From Escherichia phage vB_EcoM_G2540-3: DNA of 64,000 nt. Location: sequence record MK327944.1. The stretch is one strand, 5' to 3'. Shown here one piece after another: positions 32,771 to 43,227 of this stretch. How positions within the stretch are numbered: position 1 is the stretch's first letter; every line of letters starts with the position of its first letter. The notes below the pieces were generated by a model. The model was not told the DNA's origin. It made no database searches and was given only the letters and a program-made list of their open reading frames with translations. A program made the position numbers and the translations under genes.

Positions 32771-33446
32771 ACGCAAAAGATACATAAAAACGAATAGCTT
32801 CTAAGGCATTAATAACGTGTAAACAGAGGTAAAGAGACTTCATTAAAGCACGTTTAGCTTCGGCTTCTTGTTTAATAGCTCGGTTTAAACGAAAGTCGGC
32901 ATCAGGAGATTCTTTAGCTAGTTCTACAAATTCTTTAGCATTTTCCCATTCACGGGTTTTAACCAAGACATCATCATAATAACGTCCAATGGACTCAGCG
33001 CGTTTCATAATATCTTCATCTAATACAATCTCATCAAATACCTTTGATGGGTCAGTATAAAGATTTCGCATGATATGAGTATATGAACGGCTGTGAATAG
33101 TTTCACTAAAAGTCCATGTAGCAACCCATGTATCAAGACTTGGGTCTGAAATTAATGACATAAGTACTGCAGACGGTGCACGACCCTGAATGCTATCCAA
33201 AAGTGATTGATACTTCAGGTTATTAGTAAAAATATCTTGCTGATACTGAGGAAGCTTGTTAAATTGTGCAGCATCCATCATTAAGTTTACTTCTTCAGGA
33301 CGCCAGAAAAATGACAACTGCTTTTCGGTTAAATCTTCAAAAACTTTATGACGTTGAATATCATAACGCGCAATACCAAGACCTGAACCAAAAAACATAG
33401 GTTCTTTTAAAACATCAACTGGATTTGTATTAAAAACTGTGCTCAT
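32771..33446 (-). CDS. nrdB: Ribonucleotide reductase small subunit NrdB, exon 1
   Basis: MSTVFNTNPVDVLKEP… through …ALEAIRFYVSFA; start ATG at 33446 overlapping mobE stop. Confidence 0.75.
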
Positions 33447-34177
33447 AAATTTTTCCTCTTTAAAATTCTGCCGTGTTTCCAACCTGGCGGTATAATATCA
33501 TCTTTACCTATAAGCGTGCATTCACTTCCATTATTAATCCATTTCTTACCGCGGATTCCTTTATAATCTCTTGGTTTTATTTTGTCAAACTTTGCATCAA
33601 GTTGATATGACCATCTAAATCCATAAGCATATTGAAATTTACCCTCGGCACAATATTTGATATTTGACCCGTTTCCATTAACTGACCGGGACGCTGCCGC
33701 AATAGAGTGAAAGGTTTCTATGAAATCCCCATCTAATGAGAATTTATGTATTTCTACAGATGGGCACGCATATCTATTCACGTTAGATACATGCTGTTTA
33801 GTTTCGTTTTTATGATGCTTGCCTAGCATCCCTTTAGGATGAGGATTATTTTTCCAATATTTCTTAAAGAACTCAGAATTAGCTTTAGCAAATAATTTTC
33901 TGTGTAAGCTGTACAATCTGTTATTAATTCTATTGCCAGCTTTATCTGTTGCCATTAACGTTAACGCAGAGGCAAGACCAAAATGGCCTTCATTTATCTT
34001 ACATAGTAATAGATGAGCTATAAAATGTTCTCTGGCTGTTAATTCAACTAAATTTTCCTTATCATCAGAACCTCCCATACATTTAGGGATTATATGATGT
34101 GTCTCTTTATATTCTAGTAAAGATTCCCGAGCCTGAGCTCGGGAAATTAGGTCGTTATAGATTTTTTGATAATTCAT
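33443..34177 (-). CDS. mobE: HNH homing endonuclease MobE
   Basis: 244 aa, HNH motif HHIIPKCMGG…NLVELTAREHFIAH; sits between nrdA and nrdB as T4 mobE. Confidence 0.85.
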   Translation of the reverse strand: MNYQKIYNDLISRAQARESLLEYKETHHIIPKCMGGSDDKENLVELTAREHFIAHLLLCKINEGHFGLASALTLMATDKAGNRINNRLYSLHRKLFAKANSEFFKKYWKNNPHPKGMLGKHHKNETKQHVSNVNRYACPSVEIHKFSLDGDFIETFHSIAAASRSVNGNGSNIKYCAEGKFQYAYGFRWSYQLDAKFDKIKPRDYKGIRGKKWINNGSECTLIGKDDIIPPGWKHGRILKRKNL

Positions 34178-36441
34178 TACAATTTACACGCTGCGCAATC
34201 ATCGGCTTTTGGAGTTTCTATTTCATAATCATCAGTACCAGAACCATCGCGGGTATTATGATAATAGAAATTTTTAATGCCATAATACCATCCGTATAGC
34301 ATGTCATCAATCATTATTGACATTGGAACCTTTCCTTTTGGAAAAATCTGTGGGTCATAATATGTATTCGCTGAAGCTGATTGACACACCCATTTCAGCA
34401 TAATAGCTACCTGCGTAAGATAAGGTTTATTACCTTTCTTAGCTAATTTCCACGTATAATCATATAGGTCTATGTTATGCTCAATATTGGGCACGACTTG
34501 ATTAAAGGAACCCTCTTTTGATTCTTTAACAGAGACTGGTCCACGTGGAGGCTCGATACCGTTTGTACTGTTAGAAACTTGGGAAGATGACTCACATGGC
34601 ATAAGTGCTGATAATGTGCTATTACGGATGCCAAAGAGCTTAAGGTCTTCCCGCAGCGCCGACCAGTCACAAACGTATTTTGGAGCTGCGATTTGGTCAA
34701 TCTTTTTATTGTACCAGTCGATAGGTAATTCGCCTCGAGACCAACGAGTGTCTGAATAATATTCGCAAGGTCCTTTTTCTTTGGCGAGCTTAATGGATGC
34801 TTTAATGAGTCCATACTGTAATCTCTCAAATAGTTCATGTGTTAAATCGTTAGCATCTTCATAAGAAGCAAAGTTACTTGCCAGCCAAGCTGCATAGTTA
34901 GTAACACCTACACCAAGGTTTCGACGCTTTTTAGCTTTTTCTGCTTCAGGAACTGGATATCCTTGGTAATCCAAAAGATTATCAAGAGCACGAACTTGAA
35001 CTTCTGCTAATTCATTAATTTTATCTTGGTCTTGCCAATCGAAGTTATCCAGCACAAATGCAGATAACGTGCACAATCCAATTTCAGCATCAGGACTATT
35101 CACATCATTTGTTGGAATAGCAATTTCACAGCACAAGTTACTCTGACGAATAGGTGCCTTTTCACGAATAAACGGAGTATAGTTATTCGTATTATCAATG
35201 AACTGTACATAAATTCTTGCTGTTCCTGAACGTTCAGTCATGAGCAATTCAAATAGTTCACGGGCTTTAATACGCTTTTTACGAATATTAGGGTCTTTTT
35301 CTGCTGCTTCGTATAATTCACGGAAACGGTCTTGGTCTTTAAAATAAGAATAATAAAGCTCTCCACCCATTTCATGTGGACTAAACAAAGTAATGTAATC
35401 GTTCTTTCCAAAACGTTCCATCATCAAATCATTCAGCTGGACACCATAATCCATATGACGGATACGGTTTTCTTCTACGCCTTTGTTATTTTTCAAAACG
35501 AGAAGATTTTCAACTTCCAAATGCCAAATAGGATAATAAGCAGTAGCAGCGCCGCCACGAATTCCGCCCTGTGAACATGATTTAACAGCAGTCTGAAAAT
35601 GTTTCCAAAAAGGAATAACACCAGTATGACGCACTTCACCTGTGCCAATCTTAGAACCTTCGGCACGAATCATACCAACGTTAATGCCGATTCCAGCTCG
35701 CTTGGAGATATATTCAACAATTGAAGCAGAAGCTTTGTTGATAGACTTCAGCGAATCACCTGCCTCAATAACAACGCATGAACTAAACTGTCGAGTTGGA
35801 GTACGACATCCAGCCATAATAGGAGTTGGCAGTGAAATCTGTCGAGTAGATACTGCTTCATAAAAACGAATAACATGTTTTAATCTGTCAACAGGTTCAT
35901 CTTGATGCAATGCCATTCCAATAGTCATAAATGCAAACTGCGGAGTTTCATAAATTTGACCAGTGGTTTTATCTTTAACGAGATATTTTTCTTTTAATTG
36001 CATCGCTCCGGAATAAGTAAATTCCATATCCCGCTCGTGCTTAATTTTTGATTCTAAAAATGTAATTTCTTCTGCAGAATATTTTGACAACAATTCAGGG
36101 TCGTATTTACCTTCATTTACACAGTAAGAAATATGGTCAATAAATGAACGTGGTTCATATTGTCCATAAACATGCTTACGAAGAGCAAACATTAAACAGC
36201 GTGCAGCTACATATTGATAATCAGGCTCTTCAACCGAAATAGAATTCGCAGCAGCCTTAATTACAATGGTTTGAATGTCATCAGTGGTCATTCCATCACG
36301 GAGATATGATTTAATATTTTCATATAATTCATAAGGATCTACAGATGTTCCTTCAGCTGCCCAAGATAAAACTTTAATAATTTTTTGCGGGTCAAAGCTT
36401 TGAGAAACACCACTACTTTTGATAACATTAATTAATTGCAT
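34177..36441 (-). CDS. nrdA: Ribonucleotide reductase large subunit NrdA
   Basis: 754 aa, N-terminal ATP-cone, catalytic NLCCEI motif. Confidence 0.95.
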   Translation of the reverse strand: MQLINVIKSSGVSQSFDPQKIIKVLSWAAEGTSVDPYELYENIKSYLRDGMTTDDIQTIVIKAAANSISVEEPDYQYVAARCLMFALRKHVYGQYEPRSFIDHISYCVNEGKYDPELLSKYSAEEITFLESKIKHERDMEFTYSGAMQLKEKYLVKDKTTGQIYETPQFAFMTIGMALHQDEPVDRLKHVIRFYEAVSTRQISLPTPIMAGCRTPTRQFSSCVVIEAGDSLKSINKASASIVEYISKRAGIGINVGMIRAEGSKIGTGEVRHTGVIPFWKHFQTAVKSCSQGGIRGGAATAYYPIWHLEVENLLVLKNNKGVEENRIRHMDYGVQLNDLMMERFGKNDYITLFSPHEMGGELYYSYFKDQDRFRELYEAAEKDPNIRKKRIKARELFELLMTERSGTARIYVQFIDNTNNYTPFIREKAPIRQSNLCCEIAIPTNDVNSPDAEIGLCTLSAFVLDNFDWQDQDKINELAEVQVRALDNLLDYQGYPVPEAEKAKKRRNLGVGVTNYAAWLASNFASYEDANDLTHELFERLQYGLIKASIKLAKEKGPCEYYSDTRWSRGELPIDWYNKKIDQIAAPKYVCDWSALREDLKLFGIRNSTLSALMPCESSSQVSNSTNGIEPPRGPVSVKESKEGSFNQVVPNIEHNIDLYDYTWKLAKKGNKPYLTQVAIMLKWVCQSASANTYYDPQIFPKGKVPMSIMIDDMLYGWYYGIKNFYYHNTRDGSGTDDYEIETPKADDCAACKL

Positions 36442-36757
36442 AAGTCCTCAACTTGAAAATCGTCTTTAAACAATCGGTTAACTATATGAGCTATTATATC
36501 ACCATGACACGGCTTTGGTTTACATGTGCATCCTAGCCTCATTCCACGTAAAGGCTCTAAATGTGCTTTAGTTATTTCTCCGGATTTAATTCGACGTATA
36601 AAATCTTTTTTGAATAATTCAATGGCAGCCTCCCGGCTGCCAGCATCTTTACCGACGTAATTTCCCAAAATGTACCACGGTGAATATTAACATCAAAGTC
36701 GGATTTATATTTATTCACTACCTGGCATAGACGGCCCGCGCGGTGATAATTCGTCAT
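36432..36757 (-). CDS. DUF4326-like protein (nrdA.1 position), reading frame split by apparent 1-nt frameshift
   Basis: ATG-initiated frame [31 protein letters not shown] and a -1 frame continuing [18 protein letters not shown]…[16 protein letters not shown] together resemble one DUF4326 protein; junction at a G-run. Confidence 0.5.
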
Positions 36758-36974
36758 ATTGTTTTTCCGTTAAAACAGTAATATCATAGTAACAATCTGA
36801 AGAAGTTTTAACTGTAGAAATTTTATTATCAAAATACTCACGAGTCATTTTATGAGTATAATATTTTTTGCCATAAATGATAATAGGCTGATTTGGTCCT
36901 GGAACTTCTAATTCACTTGGGTTAGGAAGTGTAAAAAGAACTACACCAGAAGTATCTTTAAATCGTAAAATCAT
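36711..36974 (-). CDS. Hypothetical protein (nrdA.2 position)
   Basis: 87 aa from ATG at 36974 with SD gagga; track ORF starts at upstream TTG. Confidence 0.5.
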   Translation of the reverse strand: MILRFKDTSGVVLFTLPNPSELEVPGPNQPIIIYGKKYYTHKMTREYFDNKISTVKTSSDCYYDITVLTEKQYDELSPRGPSMPGSE

Positions 36975-36997
36975 ATATCCTCGCAATTAAATTAAAA

Positions 36998-37309
36998 TTA
37001 TACCGCCATTTTTCCTTTCAAGACACCGTGGGACTGATAATCTTTGAGAACGAAATCTTTAGGCCTGAGTTTAAGAACATATTCCAATTGTTCTTTAGTA
37101 GAAAGATAACGGAATTTATAAGGCAATCCGCCTATTACCAGTTCACAAAGCTCTTTAGGTTCACGACGCAAAATTTCTTTGCACTGTTCTACATGATTCA
37201 TATAGATATGAGTATTACCACCAGAAAATATCAAATCTCCTGGAGTAAGATTACACATCTTAGCTACAATATGAACTAACGCAGCATATGATGCAATATT
37301 AAACGGTAG
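36998..37309 (-). CDS. td: Thymidylate synthase, exon 2
   Basis: Begins LPFNIASY… immediately after intron 3' end …AUG; C-terminal TS sequence. Confidence 0.9.
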   Translation of the reverse strand, partial: LPFNIASYAALVHIVAKMCNLTPGDLIFSGGNTHIYMNHVEQCKEILRREPKELCELVIGGLPYKFRYLSTKEQLEYVLKLRPKDFVLKDYQSHGVLKGKMAV

Positions 37310-38325
37310 CATTATGTTCAGATAAGGTCGTTAATCTTACCCCGGAATTATATCCAGCTGCATGTCACCATGCAGAGCAGACTATATCTCCAACTTGTTA
37401 AAGCAAGTTGTCTATCGTTTCGAGTCACTTGACCCTACTCCCAAAAGGGATAGTCGTTAGGCATTTATGTAGAACCAATTCCATTTATCAGATTTTACAC
37501 GATAAGTAACTAATCCAGACGAAATTTTAAAATGTCTAGCTGCATCTGCTGCACAATCAAAAATAACCCCATCACATGAAATCTTTTTAATATTACTAGG
37601 CTTTTTACCTTTCATCTTTTCTGATATTTTAGATTTAGTTATGTCTGAATGCTTATGATTAAAGAATGAATTATTTTCACCTGAACGATTTCTGCATTTA
37701 CTACAAGTATAAGCAGAAGTTTGTATGCGAACACCGCACTTACAAAACTTATGGGTTTCTGGATTCCAACGCCCGTTTTTACTTCCGGGTTTACTGTAAA
37801 GAGCTTTCCGACCATCAGGTCCAAGTTTAAGCATCTTAGCTTTAACAGTTTCAGAACGTTTCTTAATAATTTCTTCTTTTAATGGATGCGTAGAACATGT
37901 ATCACCAAACGTTGCATCAGCAATATTGTATCCATTAATTTTAGAATTAAGCTCTTTAATCCAAAAATTTTCTCGTTCAATAATCAAATCTTTCTCATAT
38001 GGAATTTCTTCCAAAATAGAACATTCAAACACATTACCATGTTTGTTAAAAGACCTCTGAAGTTTTATAGAAGAATGGCATCCTTTTTCTAAATCTTTAA
38101 AATGCCTCTTCCATCTCTTTTCAAAATCTTTAGCACTTCCTACATATACTTTATTGTTTAAAGTATTTTTAATCTGATAAATTCCGCTTTTCATAAATAC
38201 CTCTTTAAATATAGAAGTATTTATTAAAGGGCAGTCCTACAATTTAGCACGGGATTGTCTACTAGAGAGGTTCCCCGTTTAGATAGATTACAAGTATAAG
38301 TCACCTTATACTCAGGCCTCAATTA
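37310..38325 (-). mobile_element. td group I intron (1016 bp) carrying I-TevI
   Basis: 5' end reads UAAUUGAGGCCUGAGUAUAAGGUGACUUAUACUUG… after exon …CUUGGGU; 3' end …AUG; length 1016 nt as recalled for T4 td intron. Confidence 0.9.
37457..38194 (-). CDS. I-TevI: Intron-encoded GIY-YIG homing endonuclease I-TevI
   Basis: 245 aa, MKSGIYQIKNTLNNKVYVGSAKDFEKRWKRH… with C-terminal Zn finger and HTH. Confidence 0.95.
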   Translation of the reverse strand: MKSGIYQIKNTLNNKVYVGSAKDFEKRWKRHFKDLEKGCHSSIKLQRSFNKHGNVFECSILEEIPYEKDLIIERENFWIKELNSKINGYNIADATFGDTCSTHPLKEEIIKKRSETVKAKMLKLGPDGRKALYSKPGSKNGRWNPETHKFCKCGVRIQTSAYTCSKCRNRSGENNSFFNHKHSDITKSKISEKMKGKKPSNIKKISCDGVIFDCAADAARHFKISSGLVTYRVKSDKWNWFYINA

Positions 38326-38874
38326 ACCCAAGAAAACATCTACTGATCGTTGATACCACTGAAGGTCAAGATAACCATTACGCACATTAAACTGATAGAA
38401 CATATGACAGGGCGGTAATGCCATCTGCTTGAGTTCAGCTGGATTCCATGCCGACACAATTTGACGTCTATCATTGGGAAATGTTTTAATACGATTAACA
38501 ACTTCTACAATTTGATCTACACCACCAAAATCACGCCACTGTTTTCCGTAAATTGGACCAAGTTCACCGCTATGATAACCTAAGTCTTTGGCCTGGTTTT
38601 CGTAGTTTTCATCCCAAATTGTTTTTCCTGCAATTAAAGATCCATGAGTACGTTGACGTAAATCATTTACGTTAGTACTTCCTGATAAGAACCACAATAA
38701 CTCAGAAATACACGCATTCCAGGCGAGCTTCTTGGTTGTTACTGCAGGAAAACCTTTAGTTAAATCCCAGCGCAATTTAGTACCGAACAAAGCAATTGTT
38801 CCTGTGCCTGTTCGGTCATCAGTTTCATAGCCATTTTCAAAAATGTCTTTAATTAAATCTTGGTATTGTTTCAT
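38326..38874 (-). CDS. td: Thymidylate synthase, exon 1
   Basis: MKQYQDLIKDIFENGYETDDRTGTGT… through …QRSVDVFLG; catalytic PPCH motif. Confidence 0.92.
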
Positions 38875-38918
38875 TTAGTACCTTATATAAATTATAATAC
38901 ATTTTATGAAGCTAATAA

Positions 38919-39266
38919 TCAATACGGTTTAGCATCAAATTTTCTTTCAATTTCAGGCGTGAAATATAATTCTTTACCGCGTTTGGAAAAGCGACCAATA
39001 ATATGATAATTATTCTCATCAAACGTAATATTGCCAATATCCATAGCTTTCAACCAAATATCGATATTTCTGTCAAGCTTTATATCAAAATTCCAATACG
39101 GAGAACTATTACCGAAAATACTACAAGCGGATTCAGTGAAACAGCTGCTATAAATCTTGTCTTTAGGAACTACTAATTGATAGACGCCTTTAATAAACTG
39201 AGGACCCTGCCATTTTGGTTGTTTCGCGTCTTTTTCTAATAGAATAGGGTAATAATTAAAATTCAT
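38919..39266 (-). CDS. Hypothetical protein inserted between frd and td
   Basis: 115 aa from ATG at 39266 (track start is GTG); no similarity recognised; frd and td are recalled as directly abutting in T4. Confidence 0.5.
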   Translation of the reverse strand: MNFNYYPILLEKDAKQPKWQGPQFIKGVYQLVVPKDKIYSSCFTESACSIFGNSSPYWNFDIKLDRNIDIWLKAMDIGNITFDENNYHIIGRFSKRGKELYFTPEIERKFDAKPY

Positions 39267-39286
39267 ATTTTCCGCCACGCGTTATT

Positions 39287-39874
<588 letters not shown>

Positions 39875-40117
39875 TCAAAACCCCCTTTCAATAAACCATT
39901 CAGTGGCTTTATTAGCATCAAAGAATAATTCTTCATATGTCTTTTCTTTGTTTTCAAAGACTGTCACACAAACACGTTGACATTCTCCACAGTATTCTTC
40001 TGACATGCTCAAAGCGTCAGAAAACATTTCATTAAATTCATTTAAATCAGGATTATGCAATGCGTTAAAAATTGCATAATCGAATTCATCATTCATAAAT
40101 TCAAATACAAAAATCAT
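39875..40117 (-). CDS. Hypothetical protein (frd.1 position)
   Basis: 80-aa ATG ORF. Confidence 0.5.
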   Translation of the reverse strand: MIFVFEFMNDEFDYAIFNALHNPDLNEFNEMFSDALSMSEEYCGECQRVCVTVFENKEKTYEELFFDANKATEWFIERGF

Positions 40118-40125
40118 ATTATCTC

Positions 40126-40461
40126 CTAATATAAAGGATCGGGAATATATCCACTGGCTTTAATCATTTTAATTAACGTTAACATTCCTTTATTAACTGC
40201 TTGTGAGATTTCATTAAAAACTTCATCACTAAAAAGTTCTAACACGCCCTTCTGAACTTTTAATTTACAACCAACAATTTCGTCATCGCCTATAGTAAAT
40301 TCGTTTCCGCCAATTCCACCGAAAAACTTAATTACGCCAGTTAACTGTCTTCCACGAGAATATGGGTCGTGTGATAAAGTAATATGAGTCACCCCAGGTA
40401 CAGTTTTAAATTGGCAGCGAATGTTTACTTGTGAAATTCCAGTTACGTGAATGTCAGACAT
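40126..40461 (-). CDS. Hypothetical protein (frd.2 position)
   Basis: 111-aa ATG ORF. Confidence 0.5.
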   Translation of the reverse strand: MSDIHVTGISQVNIRCQFKTVPGVTHITLSHDPYSRGRQLTGVIKFFGGIGGNEFTIGDDEIVGCKLKVQKGVLELFSDEVFNEISQAVNKGMLTLIKMIKASGYIPDPLY

Positions 40462-40471
40462 AATATTTTCC

Positions 40472-40714
40472 TCAGACAGACTTTTTCACAATTTTCCAAT
40501 CAGCTTTAAACTGTTCAACGTCAGAGTGGTAAATCCAGAATCCTGCGCTTTCTCCATCTTCATAAAGAGGGCATCCATCGCATTCATCTTCCCATCCCAT
40601 ATCACGTAAAAGTTGTTCAGCTTTTTCAACAAGTTCAGAATCTTTACCGATGATATTAAAATACCATTTACCTCTAGCTTCTGAATCTTTAATGCTCTGA
40701 CGTTGTAATCTCAT
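40472..40714 (-). CDS. Hypothetical protein (frd.3 position)
   Basis: 80-aa ATG ORF. Confidence 0.5.
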   Translation of the reverse strand: MRLQRQSIKDSEARGKWYFNIIGKDSELVEKAEQLLRDMGWEDECDGCPLYEDGESAGFWIYHSDVEQFKADWKIVKKSV

Positions 40715-40717
40715 TTT

Positions 40718-40768
40718 ATTCTCCTTAGTTGATAGGGTAATAGTATCACACTACTACCCTTCTGTAAA
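40718..40768 (-). promoter_or_regulatory. Early-promoter-like element (GTTTAC … TA-rich -10) upstream of frd.3
   Basis: Minus-strand aaaaagtaGTTTACagaagggtagtagtgtgatactattaccc with upstream A-tract. Confidence 0.45.
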
Positions 40769-41149
40769 CTACTTTTTGAAAGTTTTTCGCAAAAGTTCAA
40801 TGATTTCATCTACATTGTTTTCGTCAACAATGCAGTGAATTTTTGTTACGCCAGAAATCTTGTCTTCGACTTCATCTTCTTCAGAAGTCGGTTCTTTATA
40901 CTCACGAAAACAATGAAATTCGTCTTCACAAATTTCTAAAAGTCTATCTTTGAGGTAAAAATGTTTTCCATTTGCGCATTCAATGTGTTTTACTGCTTTA
41001 TATCCATTAGCGACGGAAACTTCTTTAACTTCAAACCATCCGCCATTATCTCGAATAGCTTTAACTATTGATGAATTAGAACGTGGGCTATAATTAATAA
41101 ATGTATCAATAAGTCTTGGAACAAGTTCATACTTTCTACCAGTATACAT
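40769..41149 (-). CDS. Hypothetical protein
   Basis: 126-aa ATG ORF between frd.3 and gene 32 neighbourhood. Confidence 0.5.
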   Translation of the reverse strand: MYTGRKYELVPRLIDTFINYSPRSNSSIVKAIRDNGGWFEVKEVSVANGYKAVKHIECANGKHFYLKDRLLEICEDEFHCFREYKEPTSEEDEVEDKISGVTKIHCIVDENNVDEIIELLRKTFKK

Positions 41150-41192
41150 AATGTTTCCTCATTTTGATAGGGACTTGATAGCCCCTTGATAA

Positions 41193-41420
41193 TTATTGTT
41201 CAATCAGTCCCATATAAAATTCTGCGTCTTCAGAATCCATGCCATCACAATATTCATTAGCCATAAAGCGGGTGAGGTCTTCAAGAGGACCTTCAATAAC
41301 GATTTGAATACTCCAAAACTTAGAATCTTGTACGCTTGTGATACTAAGTTCAGGATAACGATTACGAATAATTTCTTCAATATATTCAAAATCAACGATG
41401 TCAATATCAACTTTAGCCAT
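41193..41420 (-). CDS. Hypothetical acidic protein
   Basis: 75 aa from ATG at 41420 ([13 protein letters not shown]…) with SD agagga downstream of promoter-like element. Confidence 0.5.
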   Translation of the reverse strand: MAKVDIDIVDFEYIEEIIRNRYPELSITSVQDSKFWSIQIVIEGPLEDLTRFMANEYCDGMDSEDAEFYMGLIEQ

Positions 41421-41439
41421 ATTATTTTCCTCTTTAATC

Positions 41440-41545
41440 ATCAGCAGTATTGCCGATAGTTGTATAGTACCATGGAATGACAAGGATGTAAACCGTTTTG
41501 TGAAAAAATTTTTGAAATAAAAAGGGGACCTCTAGGGTCCCCAAT
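41440..41545 (-). promoter_or_regulatory. PeSL-like cassette: terminator hairpin (ggggaccctagaggtcccc) after gene 32 plus early-promoter-like element; shares a 36-bp identical core with 58300-58335
   Basis: gtaaaccgttttgtgaaaaaatttttgaaataaaaa identical at both sites, each followed by a GC hairpin. Confidence 0.5.
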
Positions 41546-41564
41546 TAATTAGTAATATAATCTA

Positions 41565-42473
41565 TTAAAGGTCATTCAAAAGGTCATCCAGGTCTGTGTC
41601 ATCAGCACTAGATGAACTGCCAGAGCTTGAGCTCATAAAATCATCTTCAGTTTTTGTTTTGAAGTCATCAACATTGAATGCATCCAAATCATCAGCAACT
41701 TTATCGGCTTTCTTAGCGGCAGTTGCTGCGGCACCACCCATAGCAGCAGTTCCCATAACTTGACTGAACTTAGTGCTCAGTTCTTCAAACGATTTGAATT
41801 TATCTTTAGAAGTCATTTCAGAAAGGTCAACCATTTGTTCGAACAGTTCTTTCTGGAAAGATTCATCATCAATGTTTGGAATCGCAGATTGATTCAGGAA
41901 TTTAGATTCATCGTAGTTACTAAAACCAGAAACTTGTTTAACTTTCAGTACAAAGTTAGCACCTTCCCACGGACAAGTTACATCAACCGGAGTTTCACCC
42001 ATTTCAACATCAACTGCAATCATTGCATTGATTTTATCCCAGATTTTCTTACCAAAACGGTATTTAAATACTTTACCTTCATTTTCTGGAGCAGCTGGGT
42101 CTTTTACTACAAGAATGTTAGCCCAGTAAGAAGTTTTGCGTTTAACAAGACCGTACTCTTTATTGTCAGTGTTATACAAATCATTTTTACTGATGTACTG
42201 ACATACTGGACAAGAATCGTAATCACCGTGGGTAGATGAACAGTTTTCAATATACCATTTACCATTTTTCTTGAAACCGTGATTTACAAGAATTGCGAAT
42301 GGTGCTTGTTCATCATTTTTAGACGGAAGAAAACGAATTACTGCTTGACCGTTACCCGCATTGTCGAGTTTCAGTTTCCACTCGCCTTTATCTTCAGAAG
42401 AAAAACCACCTTTATTTCCAGCCAGTTTAGCCATTTGTGCAGCGAGTTCAGCAGTAGATTTACGTTTAAACAT
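41565..42473 (-). CDS. 32: Single-stranded DNA-binding protein gp32
   Basis: 302 aa, [51 protein letters not shown]…, acidic Ser-rich C-terminus. Confidence 0.96.
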   Translation of the reverse strand: MFKRKSTAELAAQMAKLAGNKGGFSSEDKGEWKLKLDNAGNGQAVIRFLPSKNDEQAPFAILVNHGFKKNGKWYIENCSSTHGDYDSCPVCQYISKNDLYNTDNKEYGLVKRKTSYWANILVVKDPAAPENEGKVFKYRFGKKIWDKINAMIAVDVEMGETPVDVTCPWEGANFVLKVKQVSGFSNYDESKFLNQSAIPNIDDESFQKELFEQMVDLSEMTSKDKFKSFEELSTKFSQVMGTAAMGGAAATAAKKADKVADDLDAFNVDDFKTKTEDDFMSSSSGSSSSADDTDLDDLLNDL

Positions 42474-42573
42474 TTTTATTTCCTTTTTTAATTTAATTAA
42501 CAGTTGGTGCTATGACGATGTATGACCTCATAGCTGGTCAGTGAGATAATTATAATCTATTTATAATAAGCAA
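42474..42573 (-). promoter_or_regulatory. Gene 32 leader: late promoter TATAAATA and AU-rich translational operator
   Basis: Minus-strand …gcttattataaatag… and uuaaauuaaaaaaggaaauaaaaAUG directly upstream of the 32 start. Confidence 0.55.
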
Positions 42574-43227
42574 TTAATACTTGCAAGATTTCACAGTTTC
42601 AATGAAAACACTTTTAGCTTTCTGTGAATCAATATTTAAAATTTTTCTATAAGCTTTTAACTTTATAGAATAATTATTCCAGACTAAATTATCAGTCTGT
42701 TCATCATGTTTATCAATTATATTTAAAAACGAATCAAGCAAGATAAACGTCTCAAACGAAATTATATTCGATTGAAGTAGTTTAAAAATATAACTTGATT
42801 GAACTTTTGGATTATACTCAAAGATTTCTTTAAAAGCAGAAACTTCAACTTTTTTACTAAAATAATAAATGTTGCGAATATCTTCTTCAAACTTAAATTT
42901 AATTTGCTTTAAGCGTCCGATATATTCACGATAAAACACAAGTGCATCAGCGTCAGAGATGTCACCAATCCAAGCATCCTGGTTAGCAACAAGATTGCTT
43001 ATAAAGATTAAAGCAAGTTCCTTTAATTTATATTTTTCTGATAACTTCTGGAAAAAATACTTATCCCTTCGCTTTTGATAAGCGGCATCAGACACCCGCA
43101 TGCACCAATTATACTTAATTACATCATACTTTCCATTCATATGTTGTTTTATCATTAAGTATAATTTATAAACTGATTTACCATCAATGTATCTTTCACC
43201 ACCAGCAGGCATGCGGAGTTTAATCAT
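42574..43227 (-). CDS. 59: Helicase loader gp59
   Basis: 217 aa, MIKLRMPAGGERYIDGKSVYKLYLMIKQH…. Confidence 0.9.
   Translation of the reverse strand: MIKLRMPAGGERYIDGKSVYKLYLMIKQHMNGKYDVIKYNWCMRVSDAAYQKRRDKYFFQKLSEKYKLKELALIFISNLVANQDAWIGDISDADALVFYREYIGRLKQIKFKFEEDIRNIYYFSKKVEVSAFKEIFEYNPKVQSSYIFKLLQSNIISFETFILLDSFLNIIDKHDEQTDNLVWNNYSIKLKAYRKILNIDSQKAKSVFIETVKSCKY

Noticed and set aside
36572-36757. 61-aa ORF treated as an independent gene
   Set aside because: It reads more convincingly as the N-terminal part of a frameshifted DUF4326-like gene continuing in 36432-36668.
41760-42491. Plus-strand ORFs of 159 and 70 aa opposite gene 32
   Set aside because: Antisense to the highly conserved gp32 gene; Phe/Ile-rich shadow translation.
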